64,000 bases of DNA from Alloascoidea hylecoeti (taxonomy: Eukaryota). The translations under genes and the position numbers were made by a program. The notes beneath the pieces were generated by a model. The model was not told where the DNA came from and made no database searches. It saw nothing but the letters and a program-made list of their open reading frames with translations. Of this stretch, positions 1-10,371 are shown one piece after another; positions within the stretch are counted from its first letter, which is position 1, and each line of letters begins with the position of its first letter. The DNA is taken from the NCBI GenBank assembly GCA_001600815.1, contig BCKZ01000007.1, positions 620,001-684,000 of the forward strand. Direction: 5' to 3'.

Positions 1-140
1 AATTATCTTCAATTGGGCCTTAAACTTTCCAAATCCATCAAATTAATTCTGTTCATAACATTCGAAATAGATATAAAAATGCTACAATTCCCCTTCCAAA
101 ATGTTGTTTTAATTCATCAATTAATAATTAATCGATATCG

Positions 141-3100
141 ATGGAAATGTCTGCTTCTCATTCCACTAATGGTTTTGCTACAAAATTTTCTCGACGATCA
201 AAAGAAGATATTCACATTTCAGAGAAAATACACATTCTCACAAATGAGGTCCAACAGATGAAGTCGATGTTGTTTCGTATATCTTCTCAACTGACCCTTG
301 ATAATTCCCACATGCATGCATCCAGATCTATGTCAACATCTGCTTGTAGGTCTCCAACTGCAGATATCGATGATCATGATATCAACGTTCAGGTGAACGA
401 CATTGATGACGGGATAGACGACTTTGATCAAGTTTCCATTGCTAGTTTGGGTACTAAAAGTAATGATTCGCTATCATCTTGCGCTGGCTCTGACGAAATG
501 CCGTCTGCAATCCTGTCTCGATCTCAGTCTCGATCTCAGTCTTCTATTGACTTCAATGTTAATAAAAGTATTGATGATACAAAGTTGAAATTAGTGAACG
601 GTGAATCTTTAAACTCTTCTAAATTATCTATTAATGAAGATAATGAAGATAATGAATCGTTTGTTTCATTTACTAATAGCATTTCAAATCTGAAAAATCA
701 TGGTGATGTCCAATCGCAACAAATTCCGGGTGCTGATAATAAAGAATCATTGGTATCTATAACTGTAGTTGATGATTATAAAGTGGTTGAATCACTTTCA
801 CCACCTATGGTCACCGGTGAATATGAATCGGTATTAAAAAATGATGATGCTCAAATATACAGCAATCGTAACAAACATTTATCTTCCCCAATTGCTGAAA
901 AATTAAATTCAAACGACTCTCCTTCAACTGAAGCCTCTAGTGAAGAAGAATCATGGACATCAGATATACCTGAAGATAATGATGAAAGGGTAAAAGAATC
1001 TATAGCTAATGATCTAATTACTAAAGATTTAATAACAAATTTTGCTTCAACCAGTATTAATATTACTGAGAGATCTTTTCCCTCAATTGATAAAGCTTCA
1101 AGTGATCATGATTCTGTTGAAATATCTCGTATTAATGAGCAACAATTTATGGTTGACGAAAATACAATTCTAGAGTCTAAAGATCATGCTTTAACTACAG
1201 CCTCGATCAATAAAAATAAATCTTTGCTACCCCCTTTTTCTGAAGGTTCAACAAAGGATAATATCTATTCCCACTTAACAAATTCCAATACTATTAAATT
1301 CGAAGAGATAGAACTTGTTAGCGATTCTAATGATGACCAACATGTATCACAAACAATGGAAATTTATAGTGAGATAGCAGTGTCTAAAGAAATGAGCGTT
1401 GATCATGATTTAACACCTTCTACACCCACTAATAAAAAGGTATTGGGATCGAGACATCAGAAAAATGATTCTGAACAGAACTTCAACAGGGATAACAAAT
1501 TGTCGTTATCCCCTATCTCTGAAGCAATTAATGCTGCTGCATTTGATGATAACGCAACTTGCCATTCCAAATTAGCAGGTCCTAATACTGTAGTTAAGGA
1601 GAAAGAACTTGCCAAAGAACCGGTTACAATAATCAGTTTAGCTTCAGGTGAATTTAATTTTAAACTCATCTTGAATTGTCTCACAGTAATTGATACTTAT
1701 AGCTTTTGTACTAGTTGCAAATTCTTTTTCGAATATTTTGAGATTCCTAGCTTTGAAGTGATTATATCTTCTCAATCTGAACAAAACAAAGATATATCTA
1801 GAAAAGAACTAGAAACAAAATGTCTTAAGATTAATAATAATTTAAAAGTGAAAAAAGATTATCATTCAAAAACTTTAAAGCTAGATGAATTTAAAAGATT
1901 GAATTTTAAAAAGTTACAATCAGATGGTTGTAAAAAAATTATCAATAGTTTAACAAAAGTAACTTCTGAAGTTGTTGTAGCTGAGAAAGCATTTATTATT
2001 GATGCCAAAAAATTTAGTTCAATTGATAAAGTTGATGTTAAAATAATCAATTGGAGCATTAAAGATAATAACAAAACTGATAATCATGAAGAAGATTCTT
2101 TTGTTAAACTAATACCTTGTAGGATTCCTCTAAAATGTAATTTTGGCCATGGAAGAAACATCTATGAACTTAAAGGATCCAAAGAACACAATTTAATTGC
2201 TACTGATATACGACAGGGCTCCAAAATTACAGGAGGATCACTTTCAGATTATGATTGGGAAAATGTTGATAGCACTGAAAATATAAATTTATTAAATTTC
2301 CCTATAACGGATGGTAACTATGAATTAATGAAAGGATTTTGTAGATATCAAAGGTTAAAGGAAACAGATTTTAACGACCTCTGTACTAAAAGAAAAAGAA
2401 GCAAAGTTAAATTAAGAATGCCAGAGGAATATTCAGCAACTTCTAGCAAATATTTTGTTTGCTTATCTCATGTTGAATCATCTATGAATAGCCTAGGAAT
2501 AATGAGTTCAAAAACTGGTGTTGTTGCAGTATTAAATTGTTACGCCTATAATAAAAATAGTAAATCTGAACAACGACTACTATGGAAAAGCAATATCCCT
2601 GGTAATCAATTACATCCCGCAGTAAGAAATCAAAGGCTTCAAATTTCTAATAATTTTCTTATCGTTCAAGCCTCATTTGATTTTTGGCTTGTATTTGTGC
2701 TGAAAACGGGTAAATATATTGGATTTTTTTCTGCATCTGAATCTTTGGGCTCAGTTGAATTTGAAGATAAAGGTAAGAAATTACCATTGAAATTGGTTAT
2801 TCGTGGTGCAAATGTATTTCTAGAATTACGGTGCATGACTGGAAATCGTGGCGCTTCCAAATCTTGCTTGCTATCAATGTCGTTAAGCTCATTTCTTTTG
2901 AAATTGAATAAAGGGAACCGATTCAAGGTAGTCACAGTGATAGAAGCACCAGAGAATGTCTCTGATAATTGGTTAAATGAGTTGGTATCATCACAAGATA
3001 GCCTTAATATTTGGAATATCATATTTGAAACAGAATACGGGAGGCCCACTATCGAAATGAAAGCTGATATAAAACACTTGTCTATGGAGTCATATTTTTG

Positions 3101-3323
3101 GGGAGACAACATTGCATTGTTTATTTCTGAAAATGATGCTAATAACAGTGTTGATAATGTTAAAACAACTGATTATTTGATGTTATATGATCTGGTAGCC
3201 AATAGAAATAAATATATCAACCTTGCTGATTCCAATTTGGAGAAGACAGGATTCATTTTGGCGGATGATAAGCTCAACTTTGTGGTGATGAGTGATTCAT
3301 TTGTTGAAGTTCCTATTTATTAA
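141..3323 (+). CDS. 1060-aa hypothetical protein: long Ser/Asp/Asn-rich N-terminal half, possible F-box-like motif, beta-rich C-terminal domain
   Basis: Long uninterrupted ORF. IISLASGEFNFKLILNCLTVIDTYSFCTSCKFFFEYF (~1620-1740) loosely resembles the F-box consensus. No recognised orthologue. Confidence 0.6.
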   Translation: MEMSASHSTNGFATKFSRRSKEDIHISEKIHILTNEVQQMKSMLFRISSQLTLDNSHMHASRSMSTSACRSPTADIDDHDINVQVNDIDDGIDDFDQVSIASLGTKSNDSLSSCAGSDEMPSAILSRSQSRSQSSIDFNVNKSIDDTKLKLVNGESLNSSKLSINEDNEDNESFVSFTNSISNLKNHGDVQSQQIPGADNKESLVSITVVDDYKVVESLSPPMVTGEYESVLKNDDAQIYSNRNKHLSSPIAEKLNSNDSPSTEASSEEESWTSDIPEDNDERVKESIANDLITKDLITNFASTSINITERSFPSIDKASSDHDSVEISRINEQQFMVDENTILESKDHALTTASINKNKSLLPPFSEGSTKDNIYSHLTNSNTIKFEEIELVSDSNDDQHVSQTMEIYSEIAVSKEMSVDHDLTPSTPTNKKVLGSRHQKNDSEQNFNRDNKLSLSPISEAINAAAFDDNATCHSKLAGPNTVVKEKELAKEPVTIISLASGEFNFKLILNCLTVIDTYSFCTSCKFFFEYFEIPSFEVIISSQSEQNKDISRKELETKCLKINNNLKVKKDYHSKTLKLDEFKRLNFKKLQSDGCKKIINSLTKVTSEVVVAEKAFIIDAKKFSSIDKVDVKIINWSIKDNNKTDNHEEDSFVKLIPCRIPLKCNFGHGRNIYELKGSKEHNLIATDIRQGSKITGGSLSDYDWENVDSTENINLLNFPITDGNYELMKGFCRYQRLKETDFNDLCTKRKRSKVKLRMPEEYSATSSKYFVCLSHVESSMNSLGIMSSKTGVVAVLNCYAYNKNSKSEQRLLWKSNIPGNQLHPAVRNQRLQISNNFLIVQASFDFWLVFVLKTGKYIGFFSASESLGSVEFEDKGKKLPLKLVIRGANVFLELRCMTGNRGASKSCLLSMSLSSFLLKLNKGNRFKVVTVIEAPENVSDNWLNELVSSQDSLNIWNIIFETEYGRPTIEMKADIKHLSMESYFWGDNIALFISENDANNSVDNVKTTDYLMLYDLVANRNKYINLADSNLEKTGFILADDKLNFVVMSDSFVEVPIY

Positions 3324-3561
3324 TCTAAGAAGATAGATATATGAGTTAATAAGATACATAAGTAAATTAAATATATGTTGAAAGTTATAGTTATTTGAAG
3401 CTGTTTAAATTTGTTTGTTCTTTGCATACGTTATTACCCTGCCTGCGGGGGCATAGAGTTATTTATATCTTTCCCATATTTAAAAACCTTCCCTCGCTAC
3501 TTTTCCTCGAATTTTTTCTCTTTGCCAAGAAAACAATCTGAGATTCATTCGCTACATAAAA

Positions 3562-4074
3562 ATGACTGTCGAACATCCAATGAAACCGCTCTTTAATTCA
3601 GACCTCATTCCACAGGAGATTAAGGACTCTCTACCAGTTGGTTATAACATCAGACCAACTCAGCTCGATGACTATAACAGAGGCATACTGGATTGTTTAA
3701 GCACACTAACTACAGTAGGTGACATCCCCTTCCCCGTATTCAAGAATACATTTGAACACTGGTTACAAGTCCCTGATACTTACTACCAAGTTGTAATTAC
3801 AGATGCCTCAGATATTGTCGTTTCTGTTGGAACCATATTCTTGGAAAGAAAGTTAATTCATCAATGTGGTGCTGTGGGTCATATTGAAGATATTGCCGTC
3901 AGCAAAAACCAACAAGGTAAAAAACTTGGTATCAAACTTATCAAAACACTTTTGGCTATTGGTAAACAAACCGGTGCCTATAAGGTCATTTTGGACTGTT
4001 CCCCTCATAATGTTGTCTTTTATGAAAAATGTGGTTTAAAAGTTGGAGGAGCTGAAATGGTTTGTCGCTTCTAA
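3562..4074 (+). CDS. GNA1: Glucosamine-6-phosphate N-acetyltransferase (GNAT family)
   Basis: Motifs ERKLIH, GHIEDIAV..NQQGKKLG and YKVILDC...NVVFYEKCG; 170 aa. Confidence 0.95.
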   Translation: MTVEHPMKPLFNSDLIPQEIKDSLPVGYNIRPTQLDDYNRGILDCLSTLTTVGDIPFPVFKNTFEHWLQVPDTYYQVVITDASDIVVSVGTIFLERKLIHQCGAVGHIEDIAVSKNQQGKKLGIKLIKTLLAIGKQTGAYKVILDCSPHNVVFYEKCGLKVGGAEMVCRF

Positions 4075-4280
4075 AATAATAACTTGGATTTTTTTTTTAT
4101 TCCTTTTGGCATTTGATTTTTCATATTTATAATTTCATATAATTTCATAAATTTTTATACTTATTTTACTTTTTAAACGTAAACAGAAACACCCAGACAC
4201 TCGCCACCTATAACGTTACAACCTCGAGCTCTGGGATCTGAACTCAACTCAACTCCATTTTTTAGATCGTCACCGCGAGC

Positions 4281-5175
4281 ATGAAGATATTCTATATTGG
4301 TGTTCTACGAACAACTGGAAACAAGGCTTTGGAACTCTCCTCTGCTAGAGATTTGTCAAGCTTTAGCTTTTTTGAAAGAACTGGGTATGTAACCACTGAT
4401 TCCACCCGTCCACTCTATGGAATCCAAACTTAAGCTAACGATATCTGTTTTTGAGATAATAGAGTTTCTCAATTCATGACCTTTTTCAGTGAGACTGTTT
4501 CTCAAAGGACACAAGCTGGTCAACGTCAAAGTATCGAGGAAGGAGGTATGTAATACGGTCTTTGTCTATACTTGTTTTTATTATAAACCTGACGTTGTGT
4601 GATCTAACCTCATATGTTTGCTTATAGCCTACATTGGACACACATACGCTCGTTCTGAAGGCGTCGCTGGTGTAATCATCTCAGATAAAGATTATCCAGT
4701 TAGAGTCGCTTATACCCTTCTTAATAAAGTCCTTGATGAATATCTTACACAGTATCCTAAAGCAACGTGGGAGAATGTAACATCTAATTCAGGATTGGAA
4801 TTTAAAGCTCTGGAAGGTTATTTGAACAAATACCAAGATCCAACACAAGCGGATTCAATAATGAAAGTTCAACAAGAATTAGATGAAACAAAGATTGTTT
4901 TGGTATGTTATATCAATTTTATAAATGAAGAAACAAAGACTAATATATATCTGAAACAATAGCACAAAACAATTGAATCTGTTCTGGCAAGGGGCGAGAA
5001 ACTAGACGCTTTAGTCGATAAATCTGAAGCTCTATCTTCTTCATCCAGAATGTTTTATAAACAAGCGAAAAAGTATGTATTGGTGATCTTTTTAATTATT
5101 TTTTTTAAATTATTTTTTTGGTGTCTAACTGAACAACTTATTTGTAGGACAAATTCATGTTGCGTCATTATGTAA
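4281..5175 (+). CDS. YKT6: Longin R-SNARE Ykt6; exons 4281-4384, 4463-4545, 4628-4902, 4963-5072, 5148-5175
   Basis: Four GTATGT...AG introns with CTAAC/CTAAT branch points. Spliced product MKIFYIG...[32 protein letters not shown]...[10 protein letters not shown] ends in the CCAAX prenylation motif. Confidence 0.95.
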
Positions 5176-5417
5176 TTTGCCACATTACTATACATTTGGT
5201 AAGCTTATATATATTTGGACTCATAAGTAAAGAGCTTTCGATATAGGGTGGATTTGTTGTTGTCTTTTACTTATTTGATCTTTGTTCTATCTTCTAAGGG
5301 ACATAAAACCTTAGCTAATAATATATACCAATCAAAAGAATGTTATCTTTTTTTTTACACAGCTATATACTTAATTCTGTGACAAATTATCGTTCGTTTA
5401 TACATAATAATCTAAAT

Positions 5418-6905
5418 CTATAACTTAGAATTTCTAAATTCTGTTGTTGTAATTGGTTCATATACATTATTGAACAGTTTATCCTCTGGAACTGATCTAG
5501 TTGTAATTCCTCTAATGTCTAAATAAGTTGGGTTTAAGTCTGAGATTTTAGTAACACCTAATAACCTCATATTCATAGTTAACTCGTCCTTTAATAATTG
5601 CATTGCTTTATTAACACCAGGCTCTCCGTAACTAGACATTGCATATAAAAATGATTTTCCAAGCCCAACTCCTTTCGCTCCTAAGCACATTGCTTTAAGA
5701 ATGTCCGTCCCTCTTCTTATTCCACCATCAACGTATACCTCAATCTTGTTTTCATACCCATGCTTACGTAGGTGCGACATGACTTCAATTAAAACTTCAA
5801 TCGATGGTCTAGAATATTCTAATTGTCTTCCTCCATGATTTGAAACGACAATAGCTTGAACACCATGTTCAACGGCCAAAACTGCATCTTCTCCTCTTTG
5901 AATTCCCTTAATTCCAATGGGAACTTTTGTTAATGTTTTAAAACCGTCGATATCTTTCCAAGTAACTGCGGTATCAATAAATGAAGATAGGGCTTTGGCG
6001 GCACCATTTTCTGGTTCGCTTAGTTCTTCTTCACCTTGTACATTGGCAAGTTCTTCTTCAAATTTACATTTAAAATCTTTTGTTCTATTACCTAATGAAG
6101 GAGCATCAACAGTGACCCATAAACCTTTCATGCCCCTTTTCTCAGCATTAACAATTAATTCATGGGCTAACTTTCTATCTGAATTGACATATAATTGAAA
6201 CCATTGTCCTTGACCAGGTATCGCTGCATCGACGATTTCATTAAATGAACAAGAAGCTAAAGTTGAAATCATTTGAATAACTCCATGTTTACCTGACGCT
6301 ATGGTTAGATTCTTTTCACCGTCTGGATGTCCTAATTTACCTAAAGCTGCGGCGGATACATAAAATGGAGCTTGAGATTTAAACCCAAGCATTTCACATG
6401 ATAGATCTATTTCCGAAACATCAACTAAAACTTTTGGTTTGAACCAAATTTTTTGATACGCTTGATGATTTTCACGCATTGTAATCTCATCATCAGCACC
6501 TGAAGAATAATAATACCATGCTGATCTTGGTAAAACACGTCTTGCAACATACTCAAAATCATATAAGTTATAAATTGATGATAATGGAGGTTTATTTTTA
6601 ATTCTTTCTAGTCTTTGCTCTTCTTCCTTGTCTATCTCCTCTTCCTCTTGTTTAATTTCGATATTACTTACAACTGGACCTAAACATTTACTAGCAGGGA
6701 GATACTTTTCTAAGATACCAGGAGCATGAATTGGATCATATTTCTTAGTTGCATCTTTCCCGGCATATCTAATAATTATTTTCTGTCCACCAGGATGATC
6801 TGGTATAAATTCAGAGAGATCATAGACCTTATCGTGTATGATAACCCAGCAGTCATCTTTCTTGTTGTGTTTTGCAACTTCTTTTATTGTAAGTATTTTA
6901 GGCAT
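5418..6905 (-). CDS. CYB2: Flavocytochrome b2 / L-lactate dehydrogenase-like (cytochrome b5 domain + FMN alpha-hydroxyacid dehydrogenase), C-terminal SKL
   Basis: HPGG heme motif, YYSSGADDE, SNHGGRQ catalytic motif, DGGIRRGTD. Starts directly at the b5 domain and ends FRNSKL. Confidence 0.88.
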   Translation of the reverse strand: MPKILTIKEVAKHNKKDDCWVIIHDKVYDLSEFIPDHPGGQKIIIRYAGKDATKKYDPIHAPGILEKYLPASKCLGPVVSNIEIKQEEEEIDKEEEQRLERIKNKPPLSSIYNLYDFEYVARRVLPRSAWYYYSSGADDEITMRENHQAYQKIWFKPKVLVDVSEIDLSCEMLGFKSQAPFYVSAAALGKLGHPDGEKNLTIASGKHGVIQMISTLASCSFNEIVDAAIPGQGQWFQLYVNSDRKLAHELIVNAEKRGMKGLWVTVDAPSLGNRTKDFKCKFEEELANVQGEEELSEPENGAAKALSSFIDTAVTWKDIDGFKTLTKVPIGIKGIQRGEDAVLAVEHGVQAIVVSNHGGRQLEYSRPSIEVLIEVMSHLRKHGYENKIEVYVDGGIRRGTDILKAMCLGAKGVGLGKSFLYAMSSYGEPGVNKAMQLLKDELTMNMRLLGVTKISDLNPTYLDIRGITTRSVPEDKLFNNVYEPITTTEFRNSKL

Positions 6906-7318
6906 GTTATTCTAAATGTAATATTCTCATGTAATTGGCAATATTATAGCTAAACCAATATAAGGCGATATTGGTCTGTAAATATAAGGAAGAGAAGAGG
7001 ATCAGCTCGGGAAGAGAGAGCTTTTAAAGAACTTCCGATCATAGTCCCTGAGGGGATAATTTAAATATTTTTGATGATGATATTAACTCAATGGCCAATC
7101 ATAATACGCGATTAATAACGCTATTAAATAATCTCTGTAAGGATATATTTATAAGCGGGAAGCATTGGCAGAAGACGAAATATTTGTAAGTCCCAAATTG
7201 CGCAATTCCAAACATTTTTTACAAATTCATAAAAATTTGCTCTTGTTTTATAATTACATTTATTTATAGTATTCTATCTGTTGAAATCAACAGCCAAAAA
7301 ATATGATATAATTATAAG

Positions 7319-7535
7319 TAGTGATTTCACTTAATTTCGGACATTCTGACTACTAATTATCGGACACTCCCACAATTAATTATCCGACGGGCTACAATGT
7401 ATAACCAGTACTGTATCCGTTAACATGCAGGCTAGGGATATAGAGCAACCTTGGGTGCGCCAAACCCGTCCGAAAATTAGTTGTGGGTGTCCGATAATTA
7501 GTAGTCAGAATATCCGAAATTAAGTGAAATCACTG
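7319..7535. mobile_element. MITE, Tc1/mariner-type, ~72-bp terminal inverted repeats
   Basis: 7319-7391 is the reverse complement of 7465-7535 apart from 5 substitutions and a 2-nt indel. Right end CACTG is followed by TA. No ORF. Confidence 0.85.
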
Positions 7536-8449
7536 TATAATTATATGTTAATGTAAAAGAGAACCCATTTTTTAAGCTTCCTAAAAATAAGAAATCAACC
7601 CCACACAGTAGCACATGTTCTTTTTTCTCCACAACTTTCCGTATAATAATCCTCTCAACTCAATTTATCATATCATCCATGGCCAACTTTAAAAAAACGT
7701 TTTTACACATTTTAAGATAATGTAAGCTTAAGGTTTATAGGTGATTCATGCCATCTTCATCTTTGCTTTCAATTAACTCAAAATTCAACCGTAATATCAA
7801 ATCCTATAAATATGCTCCGTAAATCTCAATCTTTCTTATATCCAATTTTCATTCCCTGATATTAGGGGTGTTTCAGAGTAATCTACGTTGTAACATGTAC
7901 ACTTTTATGGTGTAAGGGTCTCTACATGTTCATCCCCAGATACAAAATTTCCGGAGTGGGTATGAGGTACAGAATAGATCGTATAGCCTAATTGTGAGAA
8001 CCTTTGTTCTCCGTCTGTCTTATTCATCACACCTAAAGTCATTTAATCAAAAGTGGTGTTAAGTTCAACCCTCAATTCATCGATACATCTAGGTTATAGA
8101 AATACAAAAAGTGGTTAATAATTAATAAAAGAGAAGTTACTCAAGGAGGATTGACATATCTTGCATTTAACGTACAAATCAACGAGTATAAATTATATAT
8201 CGATTGCAAACGTTCTATAGTCGATAATGGATGATCATCTTTACTGGGCTAAGCGCTATATCAATGGTTAAAATTCAGGCCCGGGAGTACTGTGATGGGG
8301 AATTTTCACCTCGGGTTCTAGGAAGGGTGTTATATATATCTGGACAAGGGTTAGCAACATTATAATGGAGCAACGATTTACACGTAATGCTAAATGTAAT
8401 GCTATATTTGTAGATTATAGATTGGTAAATACCAATTTAGTACATCCTA

Positions 8450-8607
8450 TAGTCATTTCACTTAATTTAGGCCATACTGACTACTAATGTTCGGTGGCAA
8501 AATACAGATATGTCGCATGACCCGTTAATATCCGGAGAGCAGGCGAAAATTCATTATGGATTGGCTGAAAATTAAGCCAACATGGCCGAAATTAAGTGAA
8601 ATGACTG
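8450..8607. mobile_element. Second MITE of the same TIR family with TA target-site duplication
   Basis: TA|TAGTCATTTCACTTAATTTAGGCCAT ... ATGGCCGAAATTAAGTGAAATGACTG|TA. TIR core ATTTCACTTAATTT is shared with the 7319 element. Confidence 0.85.
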
Positions 8608-9029
8608 TACTATGCATATGAAATAAAAATACGAAATATTAATCAACCCCACAAATCCTCTTTTTTATACTTTCACTTGGAAATTGTTTCCATCATCCGA
8701 GCAATCCATATTTTAACATAATATTTTTATTTTTGTAAGTGTTTACAAACTCAACCCCAGATGAAAGCATACAAAACTTCCAGAATGAAGTTTTTTTGCT
8801 TGATTGGGTGGGCTAGGGGTATACTACAATACCTATATGATTTCCGCGTGCCTTAATCAATCTGCCCACCTATAGTGTACACTACAGCCTATACCAGGTA
8901 CATTGTTTTTGATCAAACTTAGGGTTTAGTTCAAACCCCAATTCATCCATCTCTTCTTTATACCAACTTTAGTAGAGAGTTTTTGTTAAACAAACTCTTT
9001 TTCTACATTTGTACCACGAATAATTATTC

Positions 9030-9335
9030 ATTCATCTCTTAAAAAGTACGAAATTTGTATAAAAGACTTCAACAAATTTCCAACTTCAATATTTAGTTTC
9101 ACTATTACTTTATTTTACCGATTTGTTAAAATAAAATGCTAATTTATTTTGATATATATAATTTTCATAGCTACAATATAAGTATAGTATGATATAAAAG
9201 AAGAGGCAAATACACATTTGGAGTTGACTTTTATGTGTTTTTACTACATCTTCTCGAATGCTTCCCCTACAAGAATTATCCACTCACCTCTTACAAAGCA
9301 CGAAATTTGTAGGAAAGACTTCAAATAATTTCCAA
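9030..9335. repeat. Degenerate ~55-bp direct repeat (~9030-9085 and ~9280-9335)
   Basis: CATTCATCTCTTAAAAAGTACGAAATTTGTATAAAAGACTTCAA vs CACTCACCTCTTACAAAGCACGAAATTTGTAGGAAAGACTTCAA. Confidence 0.7.
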
Positions 9336-9951
9336 TATTTACTTCCACTTCATTTTACGTATTCCACTTCAATTTTTTGATCTGAATCACCACCAAATCA
9401 ATCTAATCTTATCATTCAATCAGATTACCTTGACTGGCAATTATCAATTATGAGGTTTTCAGACATTCTTGTTGGGAAAATTTAATGACAAATATAAATA
9501 TATATATATATATTATTTTCCTGTTTTCACAAAATGGCTTACTTCTAGACTGAAAGTTATTTTTACTGCTACTCCCATTAAAACTGAATTTCTTAATGAA
9601 CTTGAATCAGAAAAAAATATTCTGATAATTTCTATATAATCATATAGAGTTAATCATACAATGATTTTTTGAATTTTAATGATCATGATGAATCTAATAT
9701 GCTTAGCAGCATAGTTGACTTATAGGGGGGTATATATGCACAAAAGCATAAACTTGTTGTCTTAAACAATGTCAAGATACAAAATCTACTCAACAATTTT
9801 TTTGGACACTGTTCAAGAAGGTTCAAACATGGAAGACAAAAGGTCTCACTATATAGCTACATTAATTAAATATAACACATAATGGTTTAATGGTGTAATA
9901 ATTCAACTTGATTGGGAAGAATCTTTTGTGAAATCAATTGTGCAATCATTT

Positions 9952-9981
9952 TGATCATGTTGATCATGTTGATCATGTTGA
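9952..9981. repeat. 9-bp tandem repeat (TGATCATGT)x3
   Basis: Read directly: ttgatcatgttgatcatgttgatcatgttga. Confidence 0.8.
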
Positions 9982-10371
9982 GTTTAGTGTTGGTGGGTAG
10001 TTTTACCTTGTGGAGTTTTCTTTTAGGAAGGTGAGTCAGAAGGTTTTTGAGACAATGTTAGCTGAAAAAATGAATCAAATAGTTCGTTTATCGTTAAAAG
10101 GTATAGAGATAATGCAGTCGTAGAGACTCTAGAGAGTGGGTTTGAACCTGTCAAAAGAATCAGTCGAGCTTTTAGTGTTGGATATATGGCTGAAGAGTTC
10201 ACAAGAAGTTAATTAGCTTTTTGGCATAACGGCTAGATATAGGCATTCGATATTTAGTAACAAAGCTGATTTTTTCAAATTCAAATTGTAAGGATATCGA
10301 TTCTTTGTAAATAATGATTCTAAACTATAAAATTTGTAATAAAGAAAGAAAATATAAGATCTTAGATCTAA

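Noticed and set aside
4618..4962. Stand-alone 114-aa ORF; likewise 19022-19360, 48577-48930, 49138-49557 and 62772-63125
   Set aside because: These are exon fragments of the spliced YKT6, EGD1, UBP8 and EMP24 genes.
9400..9900. Coding-like fragments (e.g. YAQKHKLVVLNN..FFGHCSRR), possibly a Mutator/FAR1 remnant
   Set aside because: Too short and degenerate to assign without a search.
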